Assembly: GCA_028534125.1 (NCBI GenBank) | Contig: CM052817.1 | Coordinates: 108,006,001-108,070,000 of the forward strand | Reading direction: 5' to 3' | DNA from: Lama glama | Taxonomy: Eukaryota | DNA: 64,000 nucleotides | Part shown: piece after piece, positions 51,830 to 64,000 of the stretch | How positions within the stretch are numbered: position 1 is the stretch's first letter | How the letters are laid out: each line of letters starts with the position of its first letter | Position numbers and translations under genes: made by a program | Notes under the pieces: generated by a model | Told to the model about the DNA's origin: nothing | Seen by the model: the letters and a program-made list of their open reading frames with translations, nothing else | Databases searched by the model: none

Positions 51830-52340
51830 ATCACTTAACATTTATTTCAACCTTTCTCTCTAGTATACCTTCTTGCATGGTGGAAGTTAGAAAGTTAAAA
51901 TGACACTTTTCTAACTCTATTGTGTCTCATATCAGCCTATTATTCTTGTAAGCCTTGAGATCAGAACTTAATAACTAGGGAGAGAGAGAGTGGCAGAATT
52001 CCAGACATTGATTTTATTATAATACAAAAGCGGATTCAGCTTCCTGGCTTAGGCGGCTTCCCAATTATAGCAGAATAGTATCCACTTAGAGTGAAGACTT
52101 GCTATAATTTCTCAGATCAGCAGATGGCTTCCTGATTACAGCAGGTGAAGCCCCTCAATTAACAACCCCAACCTGTAAAATGGTTTCGGGAAATTTTTCT
52201 GGAAGCTTAGACTAGAGTCTGTTTTACCAGTACGCCCAATGATTAAATGTCATTTAATGGTCCATTACAAACCCCTTTCTCTTTGAACAATTTAGACAGA
52301 ATTACATTCTTTGAATAATAACCCCAGTTGGCATACCCAT
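51830..52340 (+). mobile_element. ERVL-type LTR (LTR33-like), diverged
   Basis: ttcttgcatggtgg...tttctggaagcttagactagagtctgtt...cccaatgatt...aaacccctttctc. Confidence 0.55.
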
Positions 52341-52592
52341 GCTTTAAAATTTGACTGAGGTAATATCCCATCTTATTCAATATTTCAACAATTTGATTAC
52401 CTTTTTCATAAGTCAACCCCAGAAAGCCATGCTGTATTAACTGTGTGCATTAATTTTTATCATCGTATTTAATACATTATATTGATATTGTATCTTTTCA
52501 AATCTTTTTCCCAATTTGACTCCAAACTCCTTGAAAGTATACTCCATTTCAGATTACTATCAGGGAAACTGTTTAAAATAAACATAAGGAGT

Positions 52593-52753
52593 GAGGAGGG
52601 GACAGCTCACTGCTAGAATGCGTGACTCGCAAGCATAAGGTCCTGGGTTCAATCCCCAGTATCTCCATTAAAGATAAGTAAATAAAAACACAATTACCTC
52701 TCCCAAATAAAGCAATAATAGAGAAATAAATTTAAATTAATTAATTAATTAAT
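52593..52753 (+). mobile_element. Vic-1-type SINE with AT-rich tail
   Basis: gaggaggggacagctcactgctagaatg...ggtcctgggttcaatccccagtatctccattaaa; perfect 12-bp TSD taaacataagga (52579-90 / 52754-65). Confidence 0.92.
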
Positions 52754-53402
52754 TAAACATAAGGAAATCTCACTGTGGGTACCAGGTTCTGGTCCACTGG
52801 CAATGTCTTCGCTTTATCTTTTTTTTCATCCCTTATATTTTATTAATTGACTATCGAACACTAACGCTAGTCCTTCTTTCACTTCATTCGTCAATTTTTT
52901 AAATCATATATTCAAACTCATAGGGAAAAACCATTTGAAATAAGCATTTTATACAGAATGTTGCTTGCTTATACTTACAGTAATGATTTGTCCCTATTAC
53001 TTACCATCATTGTGTTGATAGAAAATCCACTAATTTAAATGATCATACTGATGAATTATCTGATTTAATTATCCTATAAGTCCTATGCAGGAAGTTGCAT
53101 TGCTTACACTTAATATTACTTACAGTTTAGGTGATAAAATTAAGGCTTCTGGAGGGTAAATAATTTTGTCAATACCCAGAAAGAGCGGAAGAAAGAATTC
53201 AAAAGTCAGTCTAACTCCAGAATCAGCATGATCACTAATTGTCAGAACACCTCTCACATGGATGGACCTCTGGAATTTCTACAGGTGGCAATAAGGTGAC
53301 CACAGAAGAAAAGGAGGTGAAACGCATGGTGAATGACCTCTCCCTATGCCCTGGTTCATAGAGCTGCATTTGTGAAATCTGTTTTATAGATAGAATGAGT
53401 TT

Positions 53403-53816
53403 TGACAAAGACTTTCCACTTGACCAAACTTTAGTCAGGATCCTCTGAATCCTAGTCTGAATGAGGTCTTGACTTCTGGACGTCTATATTTGCCTTCGCA
53501 TCACCCAATTTTAGCAAAAATCCTGTCATTTTAGTGAGAATCCCCATCCATGATACCTGATCACGCTGGTCGCTTTCAACCAGAATCCTATCAAGTCAGT
53601 TTAGCCAGAAGCCCCCTGGCCCCTACTGTTTCCTCTTAGTGGTTTTCCATACACTGACACCCCCACTCTCTCCCTCGCTGTAAGCCCCCACTTGCCCACA
53701 CTGTATTCAGAAATGAGCCTGCTTCTTCTATGCAGGTGTCTTTTCTCCTATTAAAGCAGTTCCTGTATAAAATCTGGTTTTACCACTTCAATTTTAGGCT
53801 TTGGTTTCCTCTAACG
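53403..53816 (+). mobile_element. MER31-like ERV1 solo LTR
   Basis: TGACAAAGAC...ttgaccaaactttagtcagg...gtcagtttagccagaa; TSD gttt/gtct. Confidence 0.85.
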
Positions 53817-54905
53817 GTCTGTCCCCACTTAAGATGTCCTAGGAGGAAAGCACCACAGAGCTAAAACTTCTAACCTACTGATGTTTGTTACATATGCAAT
53901 ACTTTTTTAATATAGAGGACTCCTAAAAATAATACATTGCCGATATTGACTGCCTGTAAGTTTTGTAGCATTTGATTATTGACTCTAAATTCAATAATCT
54001 TGGATTTTTTAATAACAGGATCATAAGTAATTGAGATTCTAGAAGGGATATGCTATCTTAATTTCTTTCCAGGTAAAAATGTTTGTAAGATATTCCTCTA
54101 GGGATTAATGCCACAGGCAACCAGGTGTGAGAAGAATTACATTTGCAAATCAAGCATAGCCATTGGGGTTATTAACATAACAAATATCAGAGCTTTGAAC
54201 ATCTGTTTGTTAAATGGTAGCCTTTATGGCTGATTCACTTGGAAAATAAAATTTACAAGTGACTACTACTTCTATGGTTTTGCTATTACATGGTGAACAT
54301 ATTACTGAGAATTATATTAGCCATCAGGGGCCTTACCATATTACTGAATTACTTTGTTGAGAATTTTACTTTAATTGGAGGATGATTTGTTTAGTATATT
54401 ATATTACATTTTGCTCTTAAAATCATCACTTACAAACAATTATGAAGCACCTAAATCAAGGAATCATAACTTACACATAGGCCTTTTATTTAAGATTATA
54501 GTTGACTTGCTATAGTTCTATATTAGCCCAGAAACTCAACATGAGACTCATTGTCTGTTGAAGATTTCTTTGTAGAATGAGCATCTTTAGTCCACAGTGA
54601 ATATTCTGTAATGGAAAATTCAATGCAGGAACTATAAATTTCATTAGATTTTGTCCAAGGACCTGACTCTTAGACTTAATTGTATAAGTTTACAGGAGGG
54701 TCAAAAATTGGCAAATTGGTCAAACTCTATGACATGCTGAAGATTTCAAAATGGCAGACTAGCCCTCAAAGGGACAAAGAAGCATACGCACCACTGATTG
54801 TTCATTGCTCTCCACCAACCCACACCAAGTAAGCAAATAGTTCCTCAGTGTCACATTGGAGATGGTCAATGGCTCTAAAATATTTCTGTTACTTATGTTA
54901 CATCA

Positions 54906-55334
54906 TGTGAATGGAAAATATCACCAGCCATAACAGTACACAAAGGATGCTGCAGCCATCAAGTCATCAGCCACTACCGCCACCCCCAATAGTGAGCAGG
55001 AAGGAACTCAGGATGAGAGAGAACAGGATACTGGCCCTGGATAGCTAGGTTCACATCAAAGGAATGACTTCAATGAGCCCAGACTTTTGCACCTTCCCAT
55101 ACATAGGAAAGTGCTCAATTCCTTAACTTGAGATATCTGGTTTTCTTTAATTAGCAATAATCTTTCAATGTTCGGACTACCCGGTCTTTGTTGCAAAAAC
55201 TCCTGTGTATACTGGCTCCTCCCCTGTCTCTTCAGAGCAGTCCTGCAGAGTAATCAGAAAGGCTGCATCCTCAGTAAGTCCACTGAATAAAACAACTCTC
55301 AACTTCTAGGCTGTGTAATTTTTTTTATTCAACA
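54906..55334 (+). mobile_element. ERV1 solo LTR (cetartiodactyl type)
   Basis: TG...CA termini, aataaa near the 3' end (gaataaaacaactctcaacttctaggctgtg); flanks atca/attg. Confidence 0.8.
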
Positions 55335-55964
55335 ATTGCATCTCTGTCTACCCTAACACAGTTTAAGTCATTTCACCGTGCTCTGAACTGGCACGGGGAT
55401 AAATTAAAAAATCAGAGTCCTTTCATTAGGATGATATTCATTGGGATCTTAGGTAGAAAAACAATAATTCAAGACTAACAAGATAGATCTTTTCATTTAA
55501 AGTCCAATTTGAAAGCTAAACCAAGGATTCAAAGTATCTTCGTATGGCTAGAGAGAATCCAATAGAGATGACACAATTTTTGATCCTTACAATTGTGAGA
55601 CTAGCAAAGATTTAATAGATTAAAAATGATCTACTTTTAGGTCTTTCATAAGGTTTTAAGTTCCATTGAGAATTGAATGAAATTCCATTGGGACTACGCT
55701 TCTGAACACATGCTATATTGACCATCATACATATGGTATCTGATTTACACCAATGATTGATATCCATTCATACCTATATTTTACAGATGAAGAAAATGTA
55801 TTTTGTGAATTAGGATATTTATCTTATAGCTCCCATACACTCAAAACAAGCAAACTCCAAAGGAGTATCATGAAACTAGGAATTAAATCCACCCCATTTG
55901 GTCTCACAGAAGATCTTAGATATCTCCTTATTTCCCTTTTCCTCCTGAATTTTCATGGTAAATG

Positions 55965-56180
55965 GAAGCACAATATAATGGTCAGATTGAAGGCTCTAGA
56001 GTCAGACCACATGGCTTCCAATCCTTGGCCTTCTACGTACTAGAAGTTTACCTGTAACACAGTGATTTAACAATTCCGTGCAGAAGTTTCTTTGTCAGTG
56101 ACGTGGAGAAACCATTCCTAACGAGTGATGGTGGTTGAGATAATTCAGTGAGTTGATCGAATCCACACAGAGCAAAGCAC
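55965..56180 (+). mobile_element. MIR SINE
   Basis: ggctctagagtcagaccacatggcttccaatccttggccttc... Confidence 0.65.
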
Positions 56181-56234
56181 TTGGATCCATATAAATTAAA
56201 ATTGGAGGTAACAGAGAGCCTGACTGATTTATTT

Positions 56235-56605
56235 TTGCTCAGTAAGGACCGAGGTGGCTAATGATGCTATCAAAGAACAAGTCTCCTAAATTTTTGCTCA
56301 ACTATTCTTTGCATGTGACTTCTGTCATTGGTATCCCAGGATGAACACTGCACGTCAGTGTGCATGCCTGCATATGTGACTTTATACCTAGGAAGAACAG
56401 AGAAAGCCAGGCAGCAAAAGGAACCCTCTGGAGATGAATAAAGTTTATATCTCATTAGCAAGAACAGAATTTAAGTGTGTAGCCTAGCTGCAGAGAGGCT
56501 GGGGAATAAATATTTGAGTTTCATAGCTTCTGTGGGAGAGGAAGAGAAATGAGTGGTGATATTCAGGCTGAGTGTTGAGTAAGTCAATTAACAGAACACA
56601 CGACA
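56235..56605 (-). mobile_element. old MLT1 MaLR LTR
   Basis: atctcattagcaagaac...cctagctgcagagaggctgggga antisense MLT1 signature. Confidence 0.55.
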
Positions 56606-58689
56606 GGTACATAGTAAGAATGCAGCAAATAGAGCCATGTCCTCTCCATGAATATCCTGCATTAGATTACTACACTTATTCATTAACACTTAGTCCAGAG
56701 TTTATTTGAACTTTTGATTTGGTTAATTAGCTCAGGTTTTCCTAACTCCAATTTAAATTTCAAGAAGAGTAGTGATTATTTCTGTGGTTGGTCAAACTTC
56801 TTTTCCTTAACTGAGTACCTTCAACGAAGTTTGTGAAATAGGATTCTAATGCTGTTTTAAAACAACCATGAATGTTGTGATTGGTGTTGGCTGGTGGTTG
56901 GGGAGAAACAGGCACCTGTAATAAAGAGTGTACGTTAAGTCTCCCACAATACATATAGAATTGATCGTAATCTCTACTGGTGATTTCTAAGATATCAGCG
57001 TAGAAGTGAAATCTACTTTACCATGCCTGGCATAGCACAAGAAGGCTTAGATAAAAGGGCCATTAGAATGTTTTTTGATATTATTATTCTCCAATATAAC
57101 CATAAAACATTGTCTCAGCCTCTAATAGATAATATATTACTTAAATGTGACAGAATATATTACTACAAGTTTATTGTGCTTATGCAAAAAACTAGTTCTT
57201 TGAACTGTCAGCTATAGATTTAATTTGTGCAAAATATCTTATGTTAATTAGATACCTGCCTAAAAATCTATGCTCTCTCAACAATACATAATTCCTGTAC
57301 CTTAAAGTTTATTATTAGTAATCAGTGTTATTGAATAAATCTGATTACACATTTAAAAATCTAATCTAGTATGGAGAAGGAAGTTTCCATTTTATTTCAT
57401 TAGTTTTATAATCATGAAGGAATTCCCTTTCAGGTCCCATATATAATTTTCTTAAAGTTAATGAAACATTATAATTTTTCTAACATTTATTGACTATTTC
57501 TAATGTACCAAATGCCCTTTCCAATGAGATCACTAGAAAGAGTTTCTGAAATATGAGAAATATTCAACCAATATTAACAAAAATTATGAAGATTTATTAA
57601 CTATTTAAGAAAATGACACATGTAATATGAGAATGATATTACATATTTATATACAGATGCAAAACATACATGCATATATAAACAAATAAACACATACATT
57701 TAATCCTCTTAATAGTTCTATGGACACATGGAGTTATTTAGTTAAAATATATATTATTTATATTCCATAGTTATAGGTCATCCAAAATAATGCATCTAGA
57801 AATTGATGGATCCTTTTTAAATCCAGAGGATCTAGCTTCAAAGCTATCACTCTAAAATGCTATCCTCTGTGAGCTCCTATAATCTAAGAATGTTTGTCTT
57901 TTAAATTTAAATGCATAATTGTTATTAAAACCGTTAATGAGGTTATAGAGTAAGCTCCAAATCTTGTCCATTTCCAACATTTATTGCAAGTCCTTGAGAA
58001 AAGAATTATGTTACATCCACTTCTCATGATGTCTAGCTAAGTATTTGAGGTGTTGTAACTTCTCTGGTTAAATGTTTTTCAGTAATTATTAATAGCCATG
58101 TAAAAGAAAGTGCAGTTTAGATGCTATGGATAAAAGGGAAATTATTTCTCTCTAAGAGAATGTCAAATGGAAGAAACTTTCAGAAATATGTCTAGTCGTT
58201 TGTTTCTGTTTCTACTATAGACAAAAATTATAATGTGACAGTAATGTTGTGGGATATTTCAATTTAATAAGGATTAAAAGCAGATTTTGTCGGCAGGTGT
58301 GTGAGAGTGTGCTGGAGGGGGAAGCGGTCGATGAGATGAGGTTTGTGATGTAACACAATCTATTTATAAATGCAAAATGAGAAGAATAAAGTCAATTACT
58401 AGTTACAATGGGAAGCCAGGAGGATGGTCATTAATGTCTACACTGGGGAAGTAAGCAAGGTTCATAGAAAGTGTTGCTGAATCTACTTACTGACTACTTG
58501 CTATCCATTCTCATATTCTTTCTTATTAACAGAAACCCAGTGTTATCTGGGACTCAATTACACTCAATTAGAAACATAGCTTGTGGACACTGAACAAAAC
58601 TGAGGTTCTGTTAGTTAAGAGAAAGGCTAGACTTTTCCATTGAAGGGGTTAACAATTTCTGCCACTGTAAATTTAAACTAGAATAAAAA

Positions 58690-59060
58690 CAAAAGAATGT
58701 AAAAAGTAGTAATTTGTACATCTGTAAGGTACTAAAAGACTACAGAAAGAATTTTCTATTGGTTTCTATGATTATTTATTGATGGTAATGTTGGTATTTC
58801 AGGCAACGGGGATTTTTGCGGTGGAGAAAAAGAACAGATGTAGGAGAGCTGAGGTTATTTATAAACTTGTTGGGCTGGATTTGAGTGGGAAGAACAGGTC
58901 CAAGGCTGCTCTGGAACTCATGGTTTTATCTTGAAAAAAGGAAACACCACTATGCTTTAACTCTGTCTATTGAAAAGTTCTAGAAACAAGAGCCAGTCAA
59001 TCGTAGTACGCATCCTTAGGGCTCAGATCATCTAAATTCCAATTTTCTACAAAAAGAATC
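58690..59060 (+). mobile_element. L1MC-type 3' region fragment
   Basis: ctctgtctattgaaaagttctagaaacaa...catccttagggctcagat...ttttctacaaaaagaatc. Confidence 0.55.
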
Positions 59061-59309
59061 TACAATAATAGGAAAGCTGGTCACTTTGTCTGTGGAAGTG
59101 AGAAAACTTATTTACAAATGTAACATAGCCAAGTCATATTCAGGAAAAGTTCCAAGTATCTGTCACTTACCTGACCCATCTGTTTAGTTTCTACATCCAA
59201 TAATTTTCACATTCGAATACAGCAGAATTTCTATTCTAATAAGTGGTGTGATGGTGAAATGTCTCCGTGTGGAACATTTAGAGAACCTTAAAGGAATGTG
59301 GGCTTGGAC

Positions 59310-59715
59310 CACAGTAATTACATTTAGTTGATACCAACACAGGGCCAAAATAACACTGTCTTAAATAATAAATACAATAATGCAAAGATTTACTCTTCTC
59401 TCATGAAATTCAGAGGTAGTCAGTCTAAAGATGGGATGGCTGCTTCATTATTTTACTAATGTCACAAACTTTGTCACCTTTTCTGATCCACACACTGACC
59501 AGGAAGAAGACAGAGTATTTACTGGTGGAAATGCTTTCCAGCATATTCGCCCAGTGTTTATTAAAGTTTCTGGAGGTCATAGACAATTGTCTTTATTTCC
59601 ATTGCTTTGGCTTCTCTGATCTGCAAAGCAGCTGAATAAAATAAGGTAGTTCATTAACTCAGCAAATTCTCACCTGGAGCAATATAGAAATTCACTTACT
59701 GAAACAGAGAATGGA
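59310..59715 (-). mobile_element. old MLT1 MaLR LTR
   Basis: gtcttaaataa...tctctcatgaaattcagaggtagtcagtctaagatgggatggctgctt pattern. Confidence 0.5.
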
Positions 59716-59716
59716 T

Positions 59717-60580
59717 ATTTATTTTTATTTTTTTAATCGAAGTATAGTTGATTTACAATATTGTGTTAGTTTCTGGTGTACAGCATAGTGATTCATTTAT
59801 ATATATTCATATATATATATGTATTCTTTTTTTCATATTCTTTTTCATTGTAGGTTAAAACAAGAAATTGTATATAATTCCTTGGGCTATACAGTGGGTC
59901 CTAGTTGTTTATCCATTTTCTATAAAAAGTGGTATGTATCTGTTAATCCTAAACTCTTAATTTATCCTCCCCGATCCTTTCCCTTTTGGTAACCACAGTT
60001 TTTTTCTATATCCTTGAGTCTATTTTTGGTTTGTAGATAAAATTTGTATTTTTTTAGATTCCACATATAAGTGATATCATACGATATTTATCTTTGACTT
60101 ACCTCACTCAATATGATAATCTCTAGGTCCATCCATGTTGCTGCAAATGGCATGATTTCATTCTTTTTAATGGCTGAGTAATATTCCATTATATATACAT
60201 ATATATACACATCACATTTTCTTTATCCAGTCATCTGTTGATGGGCATCTACATTGTTTCCATGTTTTGACTATTGTAAGTAGTGCTGCTATGAACATTG
60301 AGGTGCTTGTGAATTAGTTTTCTCCATCTATATGTCCAGGAGTGGGATTCTTAGATCATAGGGTAACTATTTTTAATATTTTAAGGAGCCTCCATACTGT
60401 CATCCATAGTGGCTGCACCAATCTACACTCCCTCCAGCAGTGTTGGACGGTTTCCTTTTCTCCACACCCTCTCCAGCATTTATTATTTGTCTACTTTTTA
60501 ATGATGGCCTTTCTGACTGGTGTGAGGTGGTACCTCATCATGGTTGTGATTTGCATTTCTCTGATAATTAGGGATGTTGA
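59717..60580 (-). mobile_element. L1 3' end (artiodactyl/camelid type), 5'-truncated
   Basis: Colinear with 1255-2136; gaagtatagttgatttacaatattgtgttagtttctggtgtacagc...ctggtgtgaggtggtacctc. Confidence 0.93.
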
Positions 60581-61023
60581 TTAGGTAACTGAAATCTGAG
60601 CTACAGAACCCCAGCCACGCTCTGATGTGGGACACACCTTTCCTTCTGGCTGCTGCCAGCAAACACTATTTAAAATGAGTACAGAGAACTGAGGACTTCT
60701 TCCTCTTTCAAGATCAACACTGATAAAAGCTATGGGGAAAGAATCAGTGTGTTTTTTTTTTTGAATTATGAAGATACAGAATCCTTTGAAATATTTTAAT
60801 GATACTATAATAAGGGGAAACTAATTTTTATTCTAAAGAATGTTAGTTTGGCTTAGCAACTGAGTGTTTGGTGGATTTGACCTCATCATAATACCTTTTT
60901 GGGAAAAATCAGGCAAGATTTGGAAATGAATTTAAAAACACACAGTGTATCCTTTCAGGGGAATGTTGTTTTCAGTGCCTCGTGGACACACCAGGAATTG
61001 GCTGATTCTCTGGTGCTACACAC

Positions 61024-61214
61024 TTTTTTAAAATTAAAGTAGAGCTGATTTACAATATTGTGTTAGTTTCTGGTGTACATCAGAGTGATTCAATTACACA
61101 CACATATATATTCCTTTTCATATTCTTTTTCATTATAGGTCATTACAAGATATTGAATAGAGTTCCCCGTGCTAAACAGTAGGACCTTGTTGTTTATCTA
61201 TTTTATATATAGTG
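61024..61214 (-). mobile_element. short L1 3' end
   Basis: gctgatttacaatattgtgttagtttctggtgtac...agtaggaccttgttgtttatctattttatatatagt. Confidence 0.88.
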
Positions 61215-62923
61215 GGATTGCACGCTTTTGAATGTCTTATGACCAGACTATTTAATGACTTTGAAGAGACAGAATTCAAGTTGTAGAAGTTTGATTCTGA
61301 TGCAAATGTTACCTGTCCACAGCAGAGTAGACGAGTCCTGTTCTTGGCAATGCACACGGAACACGTCTGGTGGAGAATATAATCTTTTATAGCTCACATT
61401 CTCCTATAAACTGGTTTTAGCTGCTGACTAAATTGCCCATTAATTAGTGAGTAAAATAAAACCTTTGACAGATTGTCATTTTATATTTGAATGATAGTTA
61501 TTACTTTACTGCTTTGAAAATTGGTCCCGCAGAGTTGTGGAGATCCCACCAAGATGCCCAGCAGACTCAGCTGACAGAGCCAGGTTCAGTGTGTTGGAGG
61601 AGGGAGGAGAGGGGCATTTAGACACAGCTCCTCTTGGTTCCCAAGTGACAGCAGGACTTGAACTTTCCTGCGTCTGTGTTTCTCTAGTATATCCCACCTG
61701 TCTCCTAATTTTGCAAAATTTTCACAAAGTGTTTTTAACCTATTTTCCATGCTTGAACAACTTCTGTATTTTGCTGTGAAGATACTTCTGTTTTGTTTCT
61801 TGGGGTTTTTGTTTGTTTGTTTGTTTTTTCGTTTTTCCAGGAAGCACATTTGTACACTGTAAAGAGAACTAGGTTGCCATTTAAAATTTATTCCATTTGC
61901 ATCACATTTTCTTGGGACTAGAGACAAACTTCAAAGGAGAAATGTGAATCCATTTTGTAGATCACAAAATTCAAAAAGATTATGAAATATATCATTTGAG
62001 TGTCTATTTCCCTGATAAGGCACATTAAGTTTGGTAGCAATTGGAGGAATTATTTCTTGTACCACGTAGGAGAAAATGCTAAGAGCAACATTTTGCAGTT
62101 TATTTTCAGGTACACATTTTGGCTGCATAGTGTGTACAGCAGTAGGATTGGGAATGGCCTAAAGAAATTTAATTTTTTCTATTTGGGGCTGTATGTTTCA
62201 AGCTGATGGAGGTATTAAGTAAACCAATGATTTTAAAAAGGAAAAAAAATAGAGCCTTTTAAGGAAAAAAACCCTGAAGTGAAAACTTTAACATTAGCCA
62301 ACTTCTGAATATTTCATTTTTACTTAACTCAAACCTCTTAAACCACATTATCATAAGTAATTCATAGACCTTCTCTAAAATATGAAGGAGTTATAAAGCA
62401 ACTTTTCATATTTGAAGACAAGTCACGAAAATGCATTTGTATAAGTGGTATGCTCTATTTTGCTTCACAAATGCTAAGATTGCATATAATTGAGGACATT
62501 ACGATTATTGTCTGTTTTCGTCTTCCTGAAGCAAAAGCTTCCGCGCCGCGGTTGACAGTTGCAACAATCTTTTTTTCTCACTTAATTTTATTGCCCTTGT
62601 CAGGTTTCCAGCTCTTACTTACCTCGGTTGAGGACACAGAGGGTGCAGGATATATTCTGTTCTGTTGCTCCTCCAGGTCTGTTTCCCCTGGTCTCCCCGC
62701 TCCTTCCTGCCTTGGAGGCTGACCTGTGGACCAGACCAGGGGCTCGCTGGACTTCTCGCTTCCAGGTGGGTTTAGTCAACGGAGTGGCCCAGGAGGAGAA
62801 TGAAGTTACTACATATCATTTATCCCCTTGACTCCCATGATGCACAGGCCAACTGTGTCCATCAGCTGGGGTGTTTTATTCTCACTGTCCTTTCCTGCGG
62901 GATTTTGTTTTCCAAGGTATGGT

Positions 62924-63406
62924 TGAGACAGGGCACAGCCACTGAAGGAGTGACACAGCAGTTGAGGACAGGACAGACTGGTTAGAACCAAGATGGCAGA
63001 AGGTTCGACTTCCAGTAGACCTTGAGCCTCCTGGCGCACCCACAGGTGCCATGACAGTGCCTCGGCTGACCCTAAAGCCCCAAAGTGGGCGGGGCCCAAT
63101 TCCTGGAAACCCCCAGCCCTGCCCCCAAATTAGCTGGAATAATCCTCCCATTCATTAACATGTGATTTTACCAAACCTGTAAAAACTAACAACTCCACGC
63201 CTCATGGTCACTCTGTCTTTTGCCTTCTAAGGTGGCCCAAATTCTGCTCACGGAATGTGTATTTCCTAAGCCACTCCCTTCTGAGTGAAATGGATGGCAC
63301 CCCAGCTAGGGAGTGTGTATCTCTCTAAATAAACTTGCTTTCAATTTACTATGCCTCGCCCTTAAATTCTTTCCTTCGTGAGGCAAGAACATACTCTCTG
63401 GCAACA
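62924..63406 (+). mobile_element. MER41-like ERV1 solo LTR
   Basis: TGAGACA...GGCAACA with perfect TSD TGGT; MER41 hallmarks aaccaagatggc, gccatgacagt, gaataatcc, aataaacttgctttca...tcgccc...aattctttc; GAS TTCCTGGAA at 63100-63108. Confidence 0.9.
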
Positions 63407-64000
63407 TGGTGACCCCCCTCGGCTCTTGTCCTTTGCACCCGGGACTGCATCTGCTCTGCTGTCACCAGCACCATAGACGCAACATCCTTTGTGGTTTCCT
63501 TCTGCCCTGCTTATACCTTTATATGTGGTTTTTAATTAAATCATTCTCAGGGGATTTATATTAGAGGGTGACATAAGTTTCCTGACAAACTTAACAAAGA
63601 TGCAAACAGAAAGGAATCTCTAGCAATGACCTAAGTAGCTACAGGTAATTCTTATTCAATTCAATTTGAGTCAGTGATTATTTAGCGAGAGCTTGTGAAG
63701 CAACTAAGTTCTTGGAGATGGAGGTGAGGAGGTGTGGGGGTGGAGACAAGGTAGAAAAGCAAAATAGTGTCCAGGAATAATCTCAGAGGACATGAAGCAC
63801 CATTTACATTTCTACTCTCCAATGTTTTTTTTGCCTACCACTCATCTTCCATGCTTCCTTTAAGACTTTTCTCAGTTATAGTTTTTGCTGGGAGAGACTA
63901 AGTCATTTATATACCCCACAGACCATGTTGGTGATGTTGATAATGGTGAATATTTGCTATATTATGGCTCTAACAGATGTTCAGATCTTGTCAATTTGAT

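Noticed and set aside
1..64000. CRISPR arrays, operons or prokaryotic defence systems
   Set aside because: The sequence is mammalian; no regularly spaced repeats or gene-dense ORFs are present.

Overview
AT-rich, repeat-dense mammalian DNA, almost certainly camelid: it carries two tRNA-Ala-derived Vic-1-type SINEs and camelid-type L1 3' ends. I recognise no known protein-coding gene. Most ORF-track entries fall in repeats or span the two 500-N gaps (24480-24979, 41782-42281). The window holds L1s of several ages, MIR/L2, MER5A/MER2/Tigger DNA transposons, MaLR LTRs and many ERV1 solo LTRs. These include four copies of one LTR family and two MER41-like LTRs that keep a GAS (STAT) motif. A non-autonomous MER34-like provirus (42282-48210) has a decayed gag split by a younger LTR and a 3' LTR split by an L1. 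The most interesting unexplained signal is a set of short + strand exon-like blocks (17251-23302). They splice in frame into an 85-aa ORF (98 codons with an optional stop-containing exon) followed by AATAAA, suggesting an unrecognised small gene or unitary pseudogene. This model was assembled by eye and is unverified. Repeat family names are from memory of consensus sequences, and boundaries of old repeats are approximate.
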